The notes below the pieces were generated by a model. The model was not told where the DNA came from. It ran no database searches and was given only the letters and a program-made list of their open reading frames with translations. Both the position numbers and the translations under genes were made by a program. This document shows positions 29,899-41,019 of a stretch of 64,000 bases of DNA, piece after piece. This DNA comes from Diplonema japonicum (Eukaryota > Protista > Euglenozoa: Diplonemea): assembly GCA_964019335.1 (NCBI GenBank), contig OZ025657.1:186001-250000 (forward strand). Reading direction: 5' to 3'. How positions within the stretch are numbered: the first letter of the stretch is position 1; every line of letters starts with the position of its first letter.

Positions 29899-30633
29899 CT
29901 ATATATCAGACTGCGAAGGCGGGCGTATGAGAAGGTGCAGCGTATCGTCCCTGGGGAGGGCGTTCCAGATATCGCTGAGCGAGGCAATGGATGTGGCGGG
30001 GCGGTTGTTGGCTAAAATGACGGAGTAGCCGATTTTATCGGAGAGTTGCGCAGCTGGGGTATTAGGATGGACTAGGGTCAGCCTGAGGTGGTCATCCACA
30101 CGGAGGCCGAGAAGGGAGTCTTTTTCAGGCTTTCTAATGGCGACGTGCTCATCGTGCATGTCACCACACGACTCTGTGTCGGAGGACAGAGGCGACGGAG
30201 CTGCTGTCACGGAACTAAAAGACGCAGTGGTCGGTGGTGGCTGTACAAAACTGGGCTTCGTTGGCTCTGTCATCTTCGAGGCAGCAGGGCTGGGCTGTTC
30301 CTTCGCTTCGCTATGTTGCACCCCTACATCGGAACGCAGCACACTGCTTATCGGGGAGAACTTTAATATGCTCGGAGGCGTCGTCAGCATGCTTGGCGGT
30401 GTCACCGGCAGGAACAACTCATCGCACACCTCTACCTCTACATCGTCCTCTCTCTGTGGAGTCTTCAGCCCCGCCCTCAGCATCCCCGCGACCCTTCCCC
30501 TCGACGGACTCATGTTCTTATATTCCCTACGGAACTCAATGCTCCCCGGACTCCACTGGTCCACCACCACACCTGGCGTCCCATTGAAACTGAACCTTGG
30601 CCTCACAGGGTACCTCACTTCGGAGCCATCCAT
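29899..30633 (-). CDS. Ser/Pro-rich protein with C-terminal PDZ-like domain
   Basis: SLLGLRV...LTLVHPNTPAAQL..KIGYSVILANN. Confidence 0.75.
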   Translation of the reverse strand: MDGSEVRYPVRPRFSFNGTPGVVVDQWSPGSIEFRREYKNMSPSRGRVAGMLRAGLKTPQREDDVEVEVCDELFLPVTPPSMLTTPPSILKFSPISSVLRSDVGVQHSEAKEQPSPAASKMTEPTKPSFVQPPPTTASFSSVTAAPSPLSSDTESCGDMHDEHVAIRKPEKDSLLGLRVDDHLRLTLVHPNTPAAQLSDKIGYSVILANNRPATSIASLSDIWNALPRDDTLHLLIRPPSQSDI

Positions 30634-30779
30634 GCCGTGTGTTCTGTGTGTGCCGCATCGCGTGCGGGAACAGCGTTCACAAAAAAGAGAGAAGGGGAAT
30701 ATACAGTGGTAAAAATATAGAGAGGTGTAAATGTTATGGGACAAAACTGGTTTCTTTCTTTCTTCGTTTGGAGGGTGTA

Positions 30780-33239
30780 TTAACATCGCTCCGTTTCACA
30801 GATGACTGACCCGTCCTTAGCCTGCTTGATGCGGCTATAGACCTTCTCCCTTGGTGTTTTTGGTCTGGGGCGTTTGGTGGTGACCTTGGGTGCCTTCCAG
30901 GAACCGAGGGACTGCATCGTGATCTTTGTGTTATTTAGAGATGAAGGGGAACGGGGTTTGGTGGTCCTGTCTCGCTTTGCGGGAGTTGTGTAAGGTGAGC
31001 TTGTGGGGCCGTCCTCGTCTTCAGCGTTGAAGAAAGACACGAACATGATGACGTCGGCTTTGGCATCAAGAAGACCCTTCCCAACACACAGGACGTAGTG
31101 CCCTGATGGTAGCTGCACAGACTTCTTCAACATGTAAGCAGACTTGCCTTCCATTTCCGTGAGAGGGATTCCCCCTTCTGGCCACTCGTACTTGTCAACA
31201 TACCCTTGCACATGGCTGGTGTCCCATCTATCAGAGGCACCCAGTTCTTCTGTAATCTTTATTGGCTCCACCAACCCTTCTGACTGTCTCCTGTACAATA
31301 TCAGCTCCAACTCTGCAGCACGGTCCGCTCCGTCGCTGTAGTTGTGATCAAAGGTGAAGTCTTTCCTGTCGGGCTGCGAGATCACAATGAGGATGTTGTG
31401 GTGGTCGCTTTCCAGGTCGTCGATGGTCAGCAGGTATTGTTCAGCACGCAGGCGGGTCTCGTTCACAGGGCACCCCACCTGCGTGGTGTACGCCACTAGT
31501 GGGCCGCCTTCGAAGTTCGTGCACTGCAGCAACGTGTTGTACCGCATTACGTAGTCCGTGACAGATATCCAATACATGTACTCGTCCATTGTCTTATAGT
31601 TCACATACTCCCTCACAGCGGTCTTCCATAGATGAGATGTATGCGACCAGTCGCCTGTCCATTCCTGGTACCCTTGCGTGTTCCGTAGCATGATGAGGTT
31701 CGCCCCTTTCTGTGCCTTGTCCGACTTCACTTGCATCTCGTGCAACTGCTGTGGCGTCAGCTCTGTGGTCGACACAATAGCTTCTCCATCCACCCATTCC
31801 ATGAAGCTCTCTGCGTGCCTTGTCACAAGCCCGTCGGTGTCTAACGCTGTGTTTTCTTCATCAGGTGCGTTCACGCAGGCTAGTAACAGCCCTAGCTTAA
31901 TACCCTGTTTTATCCTCCACCACAGTAACCCAACCGTGTCAGGAGAGACCTTTTTGGGGTCCCAGTGTTCCACCAGGCAGTCGCCGCCAGTTAAATGCGT
32001 CAGTGCGGTTGTGGTGTCTCCTCGATGGAGAAGCGAGTAGCTCCCGAGAAACTTCGCGTAGGCTTTCTGCATGAGGATGTTCCACAGCTCGCTTCTCTGG
32101 TCGGTTAGGCCGAACACAGGCAGAAGCTGTTTGGTGTTCCAATCCGCGTCCTCGGTCTCCTCATCAACCCAGAACTCCACACGCCCGTCGCTGGAAAGGA
32201 CGCTCGGCGCACAGGGTACCAAGTCATCAATCGTAACACAACGCCACCCCTGGTTTTCACCGAAGGTGTTAGGTGTCTGGTAGAACTGGAAGGTGTACAT
32301 TGACACATCTTTGTGCTCCACTGTTACAAACACATTGGAGAAGGCTTCTCTATTTGTGGCGATCATCCCCACAGCCAACTGGTACCACGTGTCTTTGAAA
32401 AGACCTCTTTCGAACTTGGGTAGGGTGTGAACTGCATTTCTAAAGCAATGCGTTCCTTGTGGTTTACTCTTCAGAAGCGTGTTCCCTTCTTCAAACAGAG
32501 TAGGGTACGCCACCATCTTAGGCAGCCTTCTCCACAACTGTATCATTTTCAGGATTGGGGCCAGTTCTTCTGCTCGCTTTTTGTTTCTCTCGTCGACTTC
32601 CTTTTCTTTTTGCTTCATTTTCATGATGAACTCAGGGGGCAGTCGCATTGACAGTGAGACGGAGCTGACCCGTTCCACGGTGGAGGGGAGCGCCAGGGTG
32701 ATTGGCTCCGGGTCGAAAAAGTGCTTGTGGTTGTCTCGACACCACTTAGCTATCTCTTCCGTGAATATTATGGTGTTTTCTAAGAATGGCGCGTCAGGGA
32801 ACCGCGACAGCACCAGGTCTTTCACTGGAATGGCGAAGCCGTTATTCACGGAGAGATCGACTATCTTGAAACCTGCAGTGTTAAGCTGTTTGAGGTATTT
32901 GTGGCTAGAGAGAAGCGATCCTGGAGCATGTACTTGGTTGCAGCAGTTGGTGCAATATACCGCATCGCAGTCGAGACATTCCATCTTCGCTGCAGCGTTC
33001 TGGCATTGGACACAAATGCGTATTTGCGAAAACGTTGTGTGTTGCTTCCTCCTGCCTTTCGAGTGCACCAATTCCCTGCAGTCTTCGCAGTAATTCTCGC
33101 TGCACTCCTCACACTCCCATGTCGCTATCGATTCCTCACATTCCCCACACCGCGAGTCCAGGAACAGCATCGCTTTTGCTGGCCCCGATACCGTCGACGA
33201 CAGCTCCATGCATTTGTGATTCGACTCAAACACCGCCAT
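30780..33239 (-). CDS. Calpain-like protein with two N-terminal B-box zinc fingers; catalytic Cys absent
   Basis: CGECE...C..C...YC..C...VH twice; calpain motifs WRCVTIDD, ELW..LMQKAYAK..GSY, LTGG, RN..G..EWTGDWS; GLFKDTW replaces QGxLGDCW. Confidence 0.88.
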   Translation of the reverse strand: MAVFESNHKCMELSSTVSGPAKAMLFLDSRCGECEESIATWECEECSENYCEDCRELVHSKGRRKQHTTFSQIRICVQCQNAAAKMECLDCDAVYCTNCCNQVHAPGSLLSSHKYLKQLNTAGFKIVDLSVNNGFAIPVKDLVLSRFPDAPFLENTIIFTEEIAKWCRDNHKHFFDPEPITLALPSTVERVSSVSLSMRLPPEFIMKMKQKEKEVDERNKKRAEELAPILKMIQLWRRLPKMVAYPTLFEEGNTLLKSKPQGTHCFRNAVHTLPKFERGLFKDTWYQLAVGMIATNREAFSNVFVTVEHKDVSMYTFQFYQTPNTFGENQGWRCVTIDDLVPCAPSVLSSDGRVEFWVDEETEDADWNTKQLLPVFGLTDQRSELWNILMQKAYAKFLGSYSLLHRGDTTTALTHLTGGDCLVEHWDPKKVSPDTVGLLWWRIKQGIKLGLLLACVNAPDEENTALDTDGLVTRHAESFMEWVDGEAIVSTTELTPQQLHEMQVKSDKAQKGANLIMLRNTQGYQEWTGDWSHTSHLWKTAVREYVNYKTMDEYMYWISVTDYVMRYNTLLQCTNFEGGPLVAYTTQVGCPVNETRLRAEQYLLTIDDLESDHHNILIVISQPDRKDFTFDHNYSDGADRAAELELILYRRQSEGLVEPIKITEELGASDRWDTSHVQGYVDKYEWPEGGIPLTEMEGKSAYMLKKSVQLPSGHYVLCVGKGLLDAKADVIMFVSFFNAEDEDGPTSSPYTTPAKRDRTTKPRSPSSLNNTKITMQSLGSWKAPKVTTKRPRPKTPREKVYSRIKQAKDGSVICETERC

Positions 33240-33387
33240 CCCTGTGTGCGTGTCAACGAGGACAGCCAAGTGTGGAATATAATCACCCGCAGTTTTTACT
33301 ACACAAACGTTATTTAATTAATTCCCCCCTTTTTTTTTTCTTCTTTCTTGTCGAATACAGAAGGGTAAAAAGTTAAGCACGGGATCA

Positions 33388-34296
33388 TCACTTCATCCCT
33401 GCTGCAGGGTTCTGAACGCGCAGGTAATCCCTCTGCAGCGCTTTGTACTTCTCCACTTCCAAGAGCCTGGATAGGTCAGGTGAAGAGATAGTAGGAACGT
33501 CATTTCCCAAGATAGCTTGGTAGGCAGCCTGTTGGGCGGCAAGGAAGGGAGTATGACCAGCAAGCTTAATAGAAACATTGCGGTTGAGGAGGTCTGTGTC
33601 AGGGACAGACTGCGCACCTGAAACCATGAGGGGGAGGGGAGAGGCTGCCGTGCATATCTGCTCGAGCTCCTCAGGGGTGGGCTTCCCAATGAAGTGCACG
33701 GCGTCTACTCCTGTTGTCGAGTATGCTGCGAGACGTTTGCACAGCTCAGCGACACCACCGACGGCGTACGCGGAGGTCCTGGCGATGATGAGCATGGAGG
33801 GGTCGGGTTTGGCTGCTACGGCTGACTGGAGCTTCAGCACGTGTTCCTCCACAGAAGTCAGTTCAAAACCGCCTGCACTGCCCTTGATGGTTTCACCTTC
33901 GGAACCGTATCTTGCAGGCAGGTGAGTGTCCTCGATCGTGATGCCGGACACGCCGCTGTCTGTCATTTCCTCGACACACCTTTGCACCGACACAGCGTTC
34001 CCGAAGCCGTGGTCTGCATCTATGATGAGGGGCACCCCCCGCCCTCTTGAGATCCTCTTGCACAGGTCAGCCACCTCATTCAGAGTCGCAAGCATCAGGT
34101 CCGGCACCCCTGCCACCACATTCGCCGCGACGCTCCCTGCAAGCTGGATCGCCTTTGCACCGCTCTCTTCCGCCATCCTTGCGCTGAGAGGGTCAAACAC
34201 CGACACCGGTTTGATCAGCTCTTTTCCTAACATGTCCCGCAGCATCTGCCTATTCCTCGTGTGGGGGTGCATCAAATATGTCCTCGTCGCCTTCAT
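33388..34296 (-). CDS. Isocitrate lyase/PEP mutase superfamily, oxaloacetate decarboxylase-like
   Basis: SVFDPLSAR, GSVA, PD, DADHGFGNA, IEDTHLPARYG, IIART; resembles the Pseudomonas PA4872-type enzyme. Confidence 0.85.
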   Translation of the reverse strand: MKATRTYLMHPHTRNRQMLRDMLGKELIKPVSVFDPLSARMAEESGAKAIQLAGSVAANVVAGVPDLMLATLNEVADLCKRISRGRGVPLIIDADHGFGNAVSVQRCVEEMTDSGVSGITIEDTHLPARYGSEGETIKGSAGGFELTSVEEHVLKLQSAVAAKPDPSMLIIARTSAYAVGGVAELCKRLAAYSTTGVDAVHFIGKPTPEELEQICTAASPLPLMVSGAQSVPDTDLLNRNVSIKLAGHTPFLAAQQAAYQAILGNDVPTISSPDLSRLLEVEKYKALQRDYLRVQNPAAGMK

Positions 34297-34395
34297 CTTA
34301 CTGGTTGTATTCCTGCGAGTGGATTAGCAAATACTTCACTGCGACAATAGGAGAACTAAGCTACCTCAGACCATAAGGACAGCTTGGAAAAACTG

Positions 34396-35022
34396 TTATG
34401 ATCTAATGAAACACCGTACGATACCTGTGAGGGAGGGGGATAGGTGTGGCCTCTTCGACAAGTGTGCGCGGCCTGCGAGGAGAGGCTCTGTGCGGAGGAG
34501 GAGGTCACTCTGAGTAGTTGGTACACCTTGCATTCTGCATATGATCCATGTGTTGTAGGTGTCGAACTTCCCAATACCACGCTGTTCCATTTCATACATC
34601 CAGGAGAGGGGCTGAATCGGACTCAAAAACAGAAAAGCTGCTTGGCCACCCTCGCCACAACCTCCCCACAAGGGGATACCCCCCATAATCATAAAGCTGT
34701 TCATTGACGGGGTTCCAAAATCCCCGCAGATAGCCTTCCCGTGGTGATGCTGGAGTAGAGGTTCAGGGCCGCGTCGGGTTTGAAGAAGCTTGTCACGCAG
34801 TGCATCGCAAGGTTCCGCCGTGCCAATCTACATCGACCGCATTCTTGCGCTGCAGTTACGTATAAAAGCACCCCAAAGAGACACTAATACTGAGAGGTTG
34901 ACGGTGAAACCTCTCAGAATCTCTCCATTGGCATGGCTATCCCGAAGAATACGGTCGTGTAGACCACAAATTTCTTCACACAAGCTGGAAGCACACCTTC
35001 AGCACCTTGTCGATGAACTTGA
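34396..35022 (-). pseudogene. Possible frameshifted pseudogene (PPR-like fragments)
   Basis: Homopolymer-free, coding-like sequence split over frames: AMHCVTSFFKPDAALNLYSSI and MYEMEQRGIGKFDTYNTWII. Confidence 0.35.
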
Positions 35023-35760
35023 AGACTGTCATCTTCTCTAGTGTGTCTGCTGTTTTGCAAATAAAAATGTTTCAAATAAAAAAAAAAAAAGGGTACAATT
35101 AAAACATCTGTTATATTTTCATTTTTTTTTTTCCTCAAAAGAGAGAGAGAATGACGATACAGGAAAAAATTATCTGAGTATCAACAAGAAAGGAGGGGGG
35201 GGTTGATAAATTTTCTTTTTATAAAAAAAAGGAGAAAAGAAAGCGTTACGTTGAGGGCACAAAGGCCAGAAGAGACTCTTCGACAATTGAGTAAAATCTC
35301 TTTCTCCCCCCCCCCCCTTTCTTTATTAGATCCTGCCAGAATTCGGATATTTTTTTTCGCCCCATCTTTTTATCACCATTCTCTCTCACTTTTCTTTTTT
35401 TTTTTTGAATATAAAAAATATAATGTTTCTTCGCATCTTTCAGCACGCCCTCAAAGAAGGCTACGCATTGCAGCAAGCATTTCTAGGGTTTCACCACTGC
35501 ATTGTAAGTTGTACACAACACATTTTATGCACAGCACGAAAACATGCAAAAAAAGATTTTTTTAACACGAAAGGGGGGGGGGGGGGGGCAAAGTAAATTA
35601 GAAACTCGTATCTTTATTTTCAAAATCTTATTTTCTTTCTTTTTTTAAGTTTTTTTTTCCCCCTTTTTTTTTTTCGGTTCTTTTTTTTTTTTTCTTAAAG
35701 AGACCTCACGAGGTGCCTCATGAGGGCGTCAATCTTATATACTACCAGAAGAAGAATGGA

Positions 35761-35817
35761 GAAAAAAAAGAAAAAAGAAAAAAGAAAAAAGAAAAAAGAA
35801 AAAAGAAAAAAAGAAAA
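35761..35817. repeat. (GAAAAAA)n microsatellite
   Basis: About 8 tandem units. Confidence 0.85.
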
Positions 35818-35914
35818 ACTTGGGAAGGTTAGCTAGAAAGAAAACTCGATCTTAAAACGTCAAGACGACCGCCATAGTCGGCTCCAATAAGTACATGGGG
35901 TGTATGTAGTCAAA

Positions 35915-35963
<49 letters not shown>

Positions 35964-35964
<1 letters not shown>

Positions 35965-37118
35965 CAAAACCAAACGATCGCAATGTTTTTCGCAGCAGTC
36001 ACCAACAACGACCCCGACGCGTTCGAGACCGCGAGGCTCGCCTCGCATTCAAGACAACAAAGCTCCCTCCCCGACTGAAGATCGTAAGCGTACGTATGCC
36101 CAACGCTCCCCGCCACGAAATAATCCCCATAAGCAGGCACACAAAGAGACTTTATAATATGCGGCGAGCACCTCGTCACCTGCGTATCTAGTACTTGGTC
36201 TGTAATGTACACCCCACGCCCCTTAGTGATGACCACGGTGTCATGACAAGCGGAACCGGCGATCAGAGAGGAGTAAGGGTACGGGTTGAGCCTTTGAACG
36301 ACAATATTGTGCTTGAGGGAAAACACCTTCACAGCGTCGGAGGTTAGAACCACAAGACTTTCCTTAAGAAAACACATTTGCTTAACAACCCCGTTTGAGC
36401 TAAAACCCCCTATAACACACGATCCATCTAGAAGGTACACCTTTTTACACAACGTTGAAACCGCGACCAAATCCCCCTGCCTGCTAACACGCGAGCACGT
36501 ACCTCCAAAAGAAAAAACGCATTCAGGTCCCCCTCTTAAATTACACACTGACGTACATCGCTCCGTACAGTAGTAAACATTCTGCTCCGTGACAGTTATA
36601 CATGTTAAACGTGAAGCGGATGGTGGTGAACTGTATGTTTTTGACACTGTCTTCGAGTCCCATATCTGGAACGTATCACCCAGTGTCACAACAAAGGCGG
36701 TGCCGCAGGGGGAGAACTCTATTGATGTTATGGGTGTTGTTGTGCTTTCTGATGCAAGAAGTTGTGGGTTGCACCAATTGGCATCATAGATGGATATATT
36801 CCCAGATGAGGTACCGGTGACGAGGAGTAGGGTCTCCGACACGGCCATGCTTCTGATGGTGCCTTCGGTTTTTATCCTTCCGCGCATTCTTCTTGGTGCG
36901 GATCTGCCCTGTTTTACTTTTATCAGGTCGCCGTTTTGAACGCCCATGTCGCTGATGATTTCGTGGTCTGTCCTGCGGATCCCTTCCACCACCAGATCCA
37001 CGTCTGTGTCGCCTATTTGGAAGAGCGCCTTTGCCTTGACCTTTACCTCTTCGATGGTGCTTTTCTCAGTAATCTCAATCGGCTCTTGTTGGCAGCCAGA
37101 ATCGAGGAATATCTCCAT
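35964..37118 (-). CDS. Ubiquitin-like domain + WD40 beta-propeller protein
   Basis: N-terminal STIEEVK...ISDMGVQNGDLIKV (UBL); VTGTSSGNISIYD and ITSIEFSPCG..F...FQIWD (WD40). Confidence 0.85.
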
Positions 37119-37950
37119 TCTTTTTTTTTTTTTTTTCCACAGCCGTGTGTATGAGTTGTGTGTGTGTTGACAGCACACAATACGATCTGTTTTTGTTCTT
37201 CGATTTTTTAATTTTTTTTTTTTTTTTTTTTGGTTGTGCCATAAAAAATAAAAAAATAAAAATATAACTATGATGAGGGAGGAAGTGTAAGCAGCGGTCG
37301 GGGGGGGGGGGGGGGGATAACTTATGGCAAAAAAAAGGGGGTCACTTAAAAAAAATGTCCCTTGACCAGTTTCCCCCCCTTGTTTGTTTTCTTTGTTTTT
37401 TTTTTCTTTTTTCCGTTCTTTCAATTGCGATGCTTGTTTTGGTCCGAAAAATGGCGGAAAATATTAGGGTCGGGTTACTGTTAAAGTACTTAGAGAAAAA
37501 TATATGGCGTTGCACAGCCCGAAAAACCGGTTTTTAAAACCCTATTTTTTTGCTTTTCAGGCATTCTTTTCCGGATAGACTCGCATTGTTTTTCTTGTTT
37601 ATGCAAAAAAAAAAAAAAAGAAAAAGAAAAAAAAGAAATCAGGAGCGAGTATAAATTCGGTCCAACATTCCCATATCCAATATTGCTGGACGGGAAAAAA
37701 TATAAATATAACTTGCAATGTTGCACTGTTTGACTAGAAATTGTCCAACGGCATGAGGCCTGCTCCAGAAAATCCCTTTTTAAAGGTGTTGCGTGTGCAA
37801 GGCCTTCAAAAAAAAAAAGGATTTCTTTTCGACAAAGGGAAGGAGAAGGAAAGCAAAAAAAGCAACAGGGGAAGGGGGGAATAAAAGCAGCTTTTGTTTT
37901 CTGATTCCTCTAGGAGAGATGAACTACTTTATCTTCTTCTTCTTCCCCCC

Positions 37951-38058
37951 GGCTATGTTGGCAAGGAAACGCGGTTCCAAGCTTTTTTTTCTTTTTTTTT
38001 TTTTGAAAATAAGGAAACGGAAACGGAAACGTTTCCCCGTTTCTTGACAACATAGCCC
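37951..38058. mobile_element. MITE, copy 2 (inverted relative to copy 1)
   Basis: GGCTATGTTGGCAAGGAAACG ... CGTTTCTTGACAACATAGCCC; the interior is the reverse complement of copy 1 with an expanded T run. Confidence 0.85.
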
Positions 38059-38294
38059 TAGGGGGGTATCAAACCCCCTAAAAACCCCATGCAAAGGTGG
38101 TTTTTTTCCAGTTTTTCAAAAAAACGTGTTTTTTTTTTTTTTTTTCTTTTTGGCAAAACTGAAAAAAACCACCTTTGTATGGGGGTTTTGATACCCAGAA
38201 TTTCTTTGTGAGGGAATCCAAAAGAAAAAAAAAAAAAAAAAAAAAAAAGGAAGCAATACTAGTTAAATACAAGAGTATTAAATACCAAAGACAA

Positions 38295-38460
38295 AGGTGG
38301 TCAGCGTTGGACAGTGCACCCCGCATCAGCAGTAGTCTACTTGACCACAGGGGCATGTCGCTTTTCTGCATTCTGTCCTATCTTAGCGCGTGCGGTGCAG
38401 CTCAGCCCTAGCCGGTTAACTGAGCGCCCCGGGCAACCAAGATTTTGTATTTGCGCTGTT
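38295..38460. repeat. SINE-like repeat, diverged copy
   Basis: ctacttgaccacagggg...gcgtgcggtgcagctcagccctagccgg...ccccgggcaaccaagatt. Confidence 0.75.
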
Positions 38461-38692
38461 TACTGCCAAGAAAAAAAAGGGGGGGGTGGGGGTGATGTTG
38501 AAACCTAACGTTGTTGTGGTGTGTTATGAAAGTGCTTTTCCTCTTCCAGTCCCTTCTTCCTCCCCTGCGACCCAGAGTGCTCGTCTTCCAGAGGGAAATA
38601 AAAAAAGAGAAAAAAAAACGAGTAAAGATACAGGGAACAGGGAGAGGGAACAGAGAGCAAAAAAATAAATATATGAGTTAAAGGAAGTCTTT

Positions 38693-40731
38693 GTGAGACG
38701 CCCCCTTGTTCTCATCTTCTACCTGCACCTATCCCCTTTCAGCAGCGGGTTCTCCTCCTTTGGTGGTCTTGCCGGCCTTCTCCCCAGCCTGGCCGCTCTT
38801 TCTCTTCGTTCTCTCGCCCATTGTCCTTTCAATGCCTCTAGGTCATGCTTGGTCTTCGGTGATGCAAATATCGCCCTCCTGTTCCATCCGATCACCGCCT
38901 TTGTCCTCCCGATGGATCGTAGTGTGTGCACCCTTGTGCTCGGCTCAGCTGGGAAGGCCCTCCTTCCTTTCACCTTCTTCAGTACCCTCCCTAGCTCCCA
39001 TGTGTGCCAGATCTTCTTCATCAGTCCATGCAATCTCCTCGCTTTCTGCTGTACTTCTGCGAGATCCCCCAGCTTCCCTCCAAGGGTCTTCCCGGTCACG
39101 TTCTCGAAATCCAGTGCCAGCTCCACCGTCGACACTGACGTGTTTCTGCTGCCTGCATACCAGCGCAGTTGCCGCATCCACCTCAGCACCTCCTTCGTGT
39201 ACTCCCGTAGGACATCCCCTGCCGGTAGCTTGCCGAAGTCCTTGTCCGACGGTACTGGGTGTTCTTGACCTTGTGTGATCTCCAGCCACTGGTGTGTGTG
39301 GTACACCTCCTGCCTCTTCGCTTGTAGGGCTGCGTCCCGCTCCCCCACCACCGCCAGCAGGTACCTCTGCGTTCCTTCGAGCCTTTCCCTGACATCCTTC
39401 CCTGCTCCCCTTGGCAGGATGCCATGCAGCTTCGTACACGGTTCCAGCCCCCTGCGCGTCATGCCTTCGTGTTCTTCCCGCTGTTGCACTTCCTTGGCCT
39501 TTTCGCACTCCCACAGTGCGTGCTCCAGCATGTTGGGCAGCTGTTGCTCCTGACCGCAGATGTCGCAGTGTGCCGTCGTGGGTTCGGCCTGCTTAGCTTC
39601 TTGCTTCCTCGCCTCCGCAATCAGCCACTTTTCGGTGTCCTGTCCTTCCTCTTCTTCTTCTTCTTGTTCATCTTCAGCCTCGTCTTCATCCTCGTCTTCT
39701 TCTCCTTCCGCCATCGGGATGTGCTCCACCGTGTCCGTGCGCCATCCCCGTGGGTTGATGTAGAACACTGCCCCCGAGATGATCCTTCGCACGTCCCTTG
39801 CTGCAATCGGGTCCGTCACCACCAGCTTCCTCCACAGCGCGTTGGTCTCCGCTGCTGCCGCAGCTTCCATGCCCCCCATGGTGCTCCGTTTGCTCATGAT
39901 TTCCTGTGCTTCCGCCCGCCTGAGTCGGTCCCTGATGTAGTGCTTGTAGGGCTCCTTTTCCAGTGCGTGGGTGTCCTTCAGCTGTGCCCAGCTTAACTTG
40001 ATCTGAGGCAGCCACCTTTCCATCATGATGCCCACCGGTCCCACCGGTATCTTCTTCCCGCTGTACCGTTTGGCAATGGCGTCGCAGCGTGTCCACAGCT
40101 TGTCGTCCTTCTTGCAGGCTCTGTATAGGAGCATAAGTGCTCTGTATGCGGCTGTCATCTGTGGGTGGCTCGTGTGTCCCGGCAGTGTCACGGATAGTAC
40201 TGTGCCTGGGTTCCTGGTGCAGTACTTCTGCCCCCAGAGCGCGTACGTGGTCTCCTTCACCAGCGTGGCCATTTGTCCCGTTTTCGGCGGTGAGAATGGG
40301 CAGTCGTAGAGGCAGCTCGGTAGGATCGTGCTGCTGATGATCTTCGCCTTCTGCTGAAAGGACAACGGCGTTGCTCCCAGCCTGCTCAGCGTCCCGAGTG
40401 CCTCCGCCGTCCTGTCGCCGTTGGTTTGCGGCCTGCCGTCTGTCCGCAGCTTGGCTCCCAGTACTCCTACAGTCCGTGTCGGCTGCAGTTCCTCGCCTTT
40501 CACCTTCACCTCCGGTGTCTTCCTGTTCACTGCAAAGGTCTTCGTCTTCCTGGTGTTGAGCTTCATCCCCACCTGTTTGCAGAAGGCTTCCACTGCGTCT
40601 ACGCCTTCCTGCAACGCCGCACCGAGCCGTGCCAAGAGGTATGCATCGTCCGCGTAAGACAGCGAGCGGACCCCTGTGTCGTTCTCCACCTGCTTCATTA
40701 GTACCGCCAACAGCGCGTTGATGAGTACCAC
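38693..40731 (-). mobile_element. 5'-truncated non-LTR retrotransposon, second family (starts just before YADD)
   Basis: SYADD, KAKIISSTILPSCLY, CDICG...HALWEC and ELALDFE are collinear with the 21.6-24.0 kb element; contains an acidic insert. Confidence 0.92.
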
Positions 40732-41019
40732 TGTAATAAAATATTTACAAGTAAAACAAGTAGAACTTAACCCTTAAAGCCTCAATCTATCTCTTGATCG
40801 AACCTTTCTGTTGTGGTGTGGCCTTCGGCCCCTCGTTCACCCTCCTCGGTACCTTAGGTATAAAACCCTCAACCGAGTTAAAAAAAGGGCATTTTCCGGA
40901 TTTTTTGAGTTCCCAGTGAAACAAGTGGCTCTCCCTTCTGGAGAAGGGATGGTTAAGAGGCTGATCGAAAAGGGGTCAGCGCCTTCGAGTCCGTCATAAA
41001 CGACTGGTGGAAAAAGCTC

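Noticed and set aside
38660-40770. Target-site duplication around RT element 2
   Set aside because: The flanks are only loosely similar low-complexity AT sequence.
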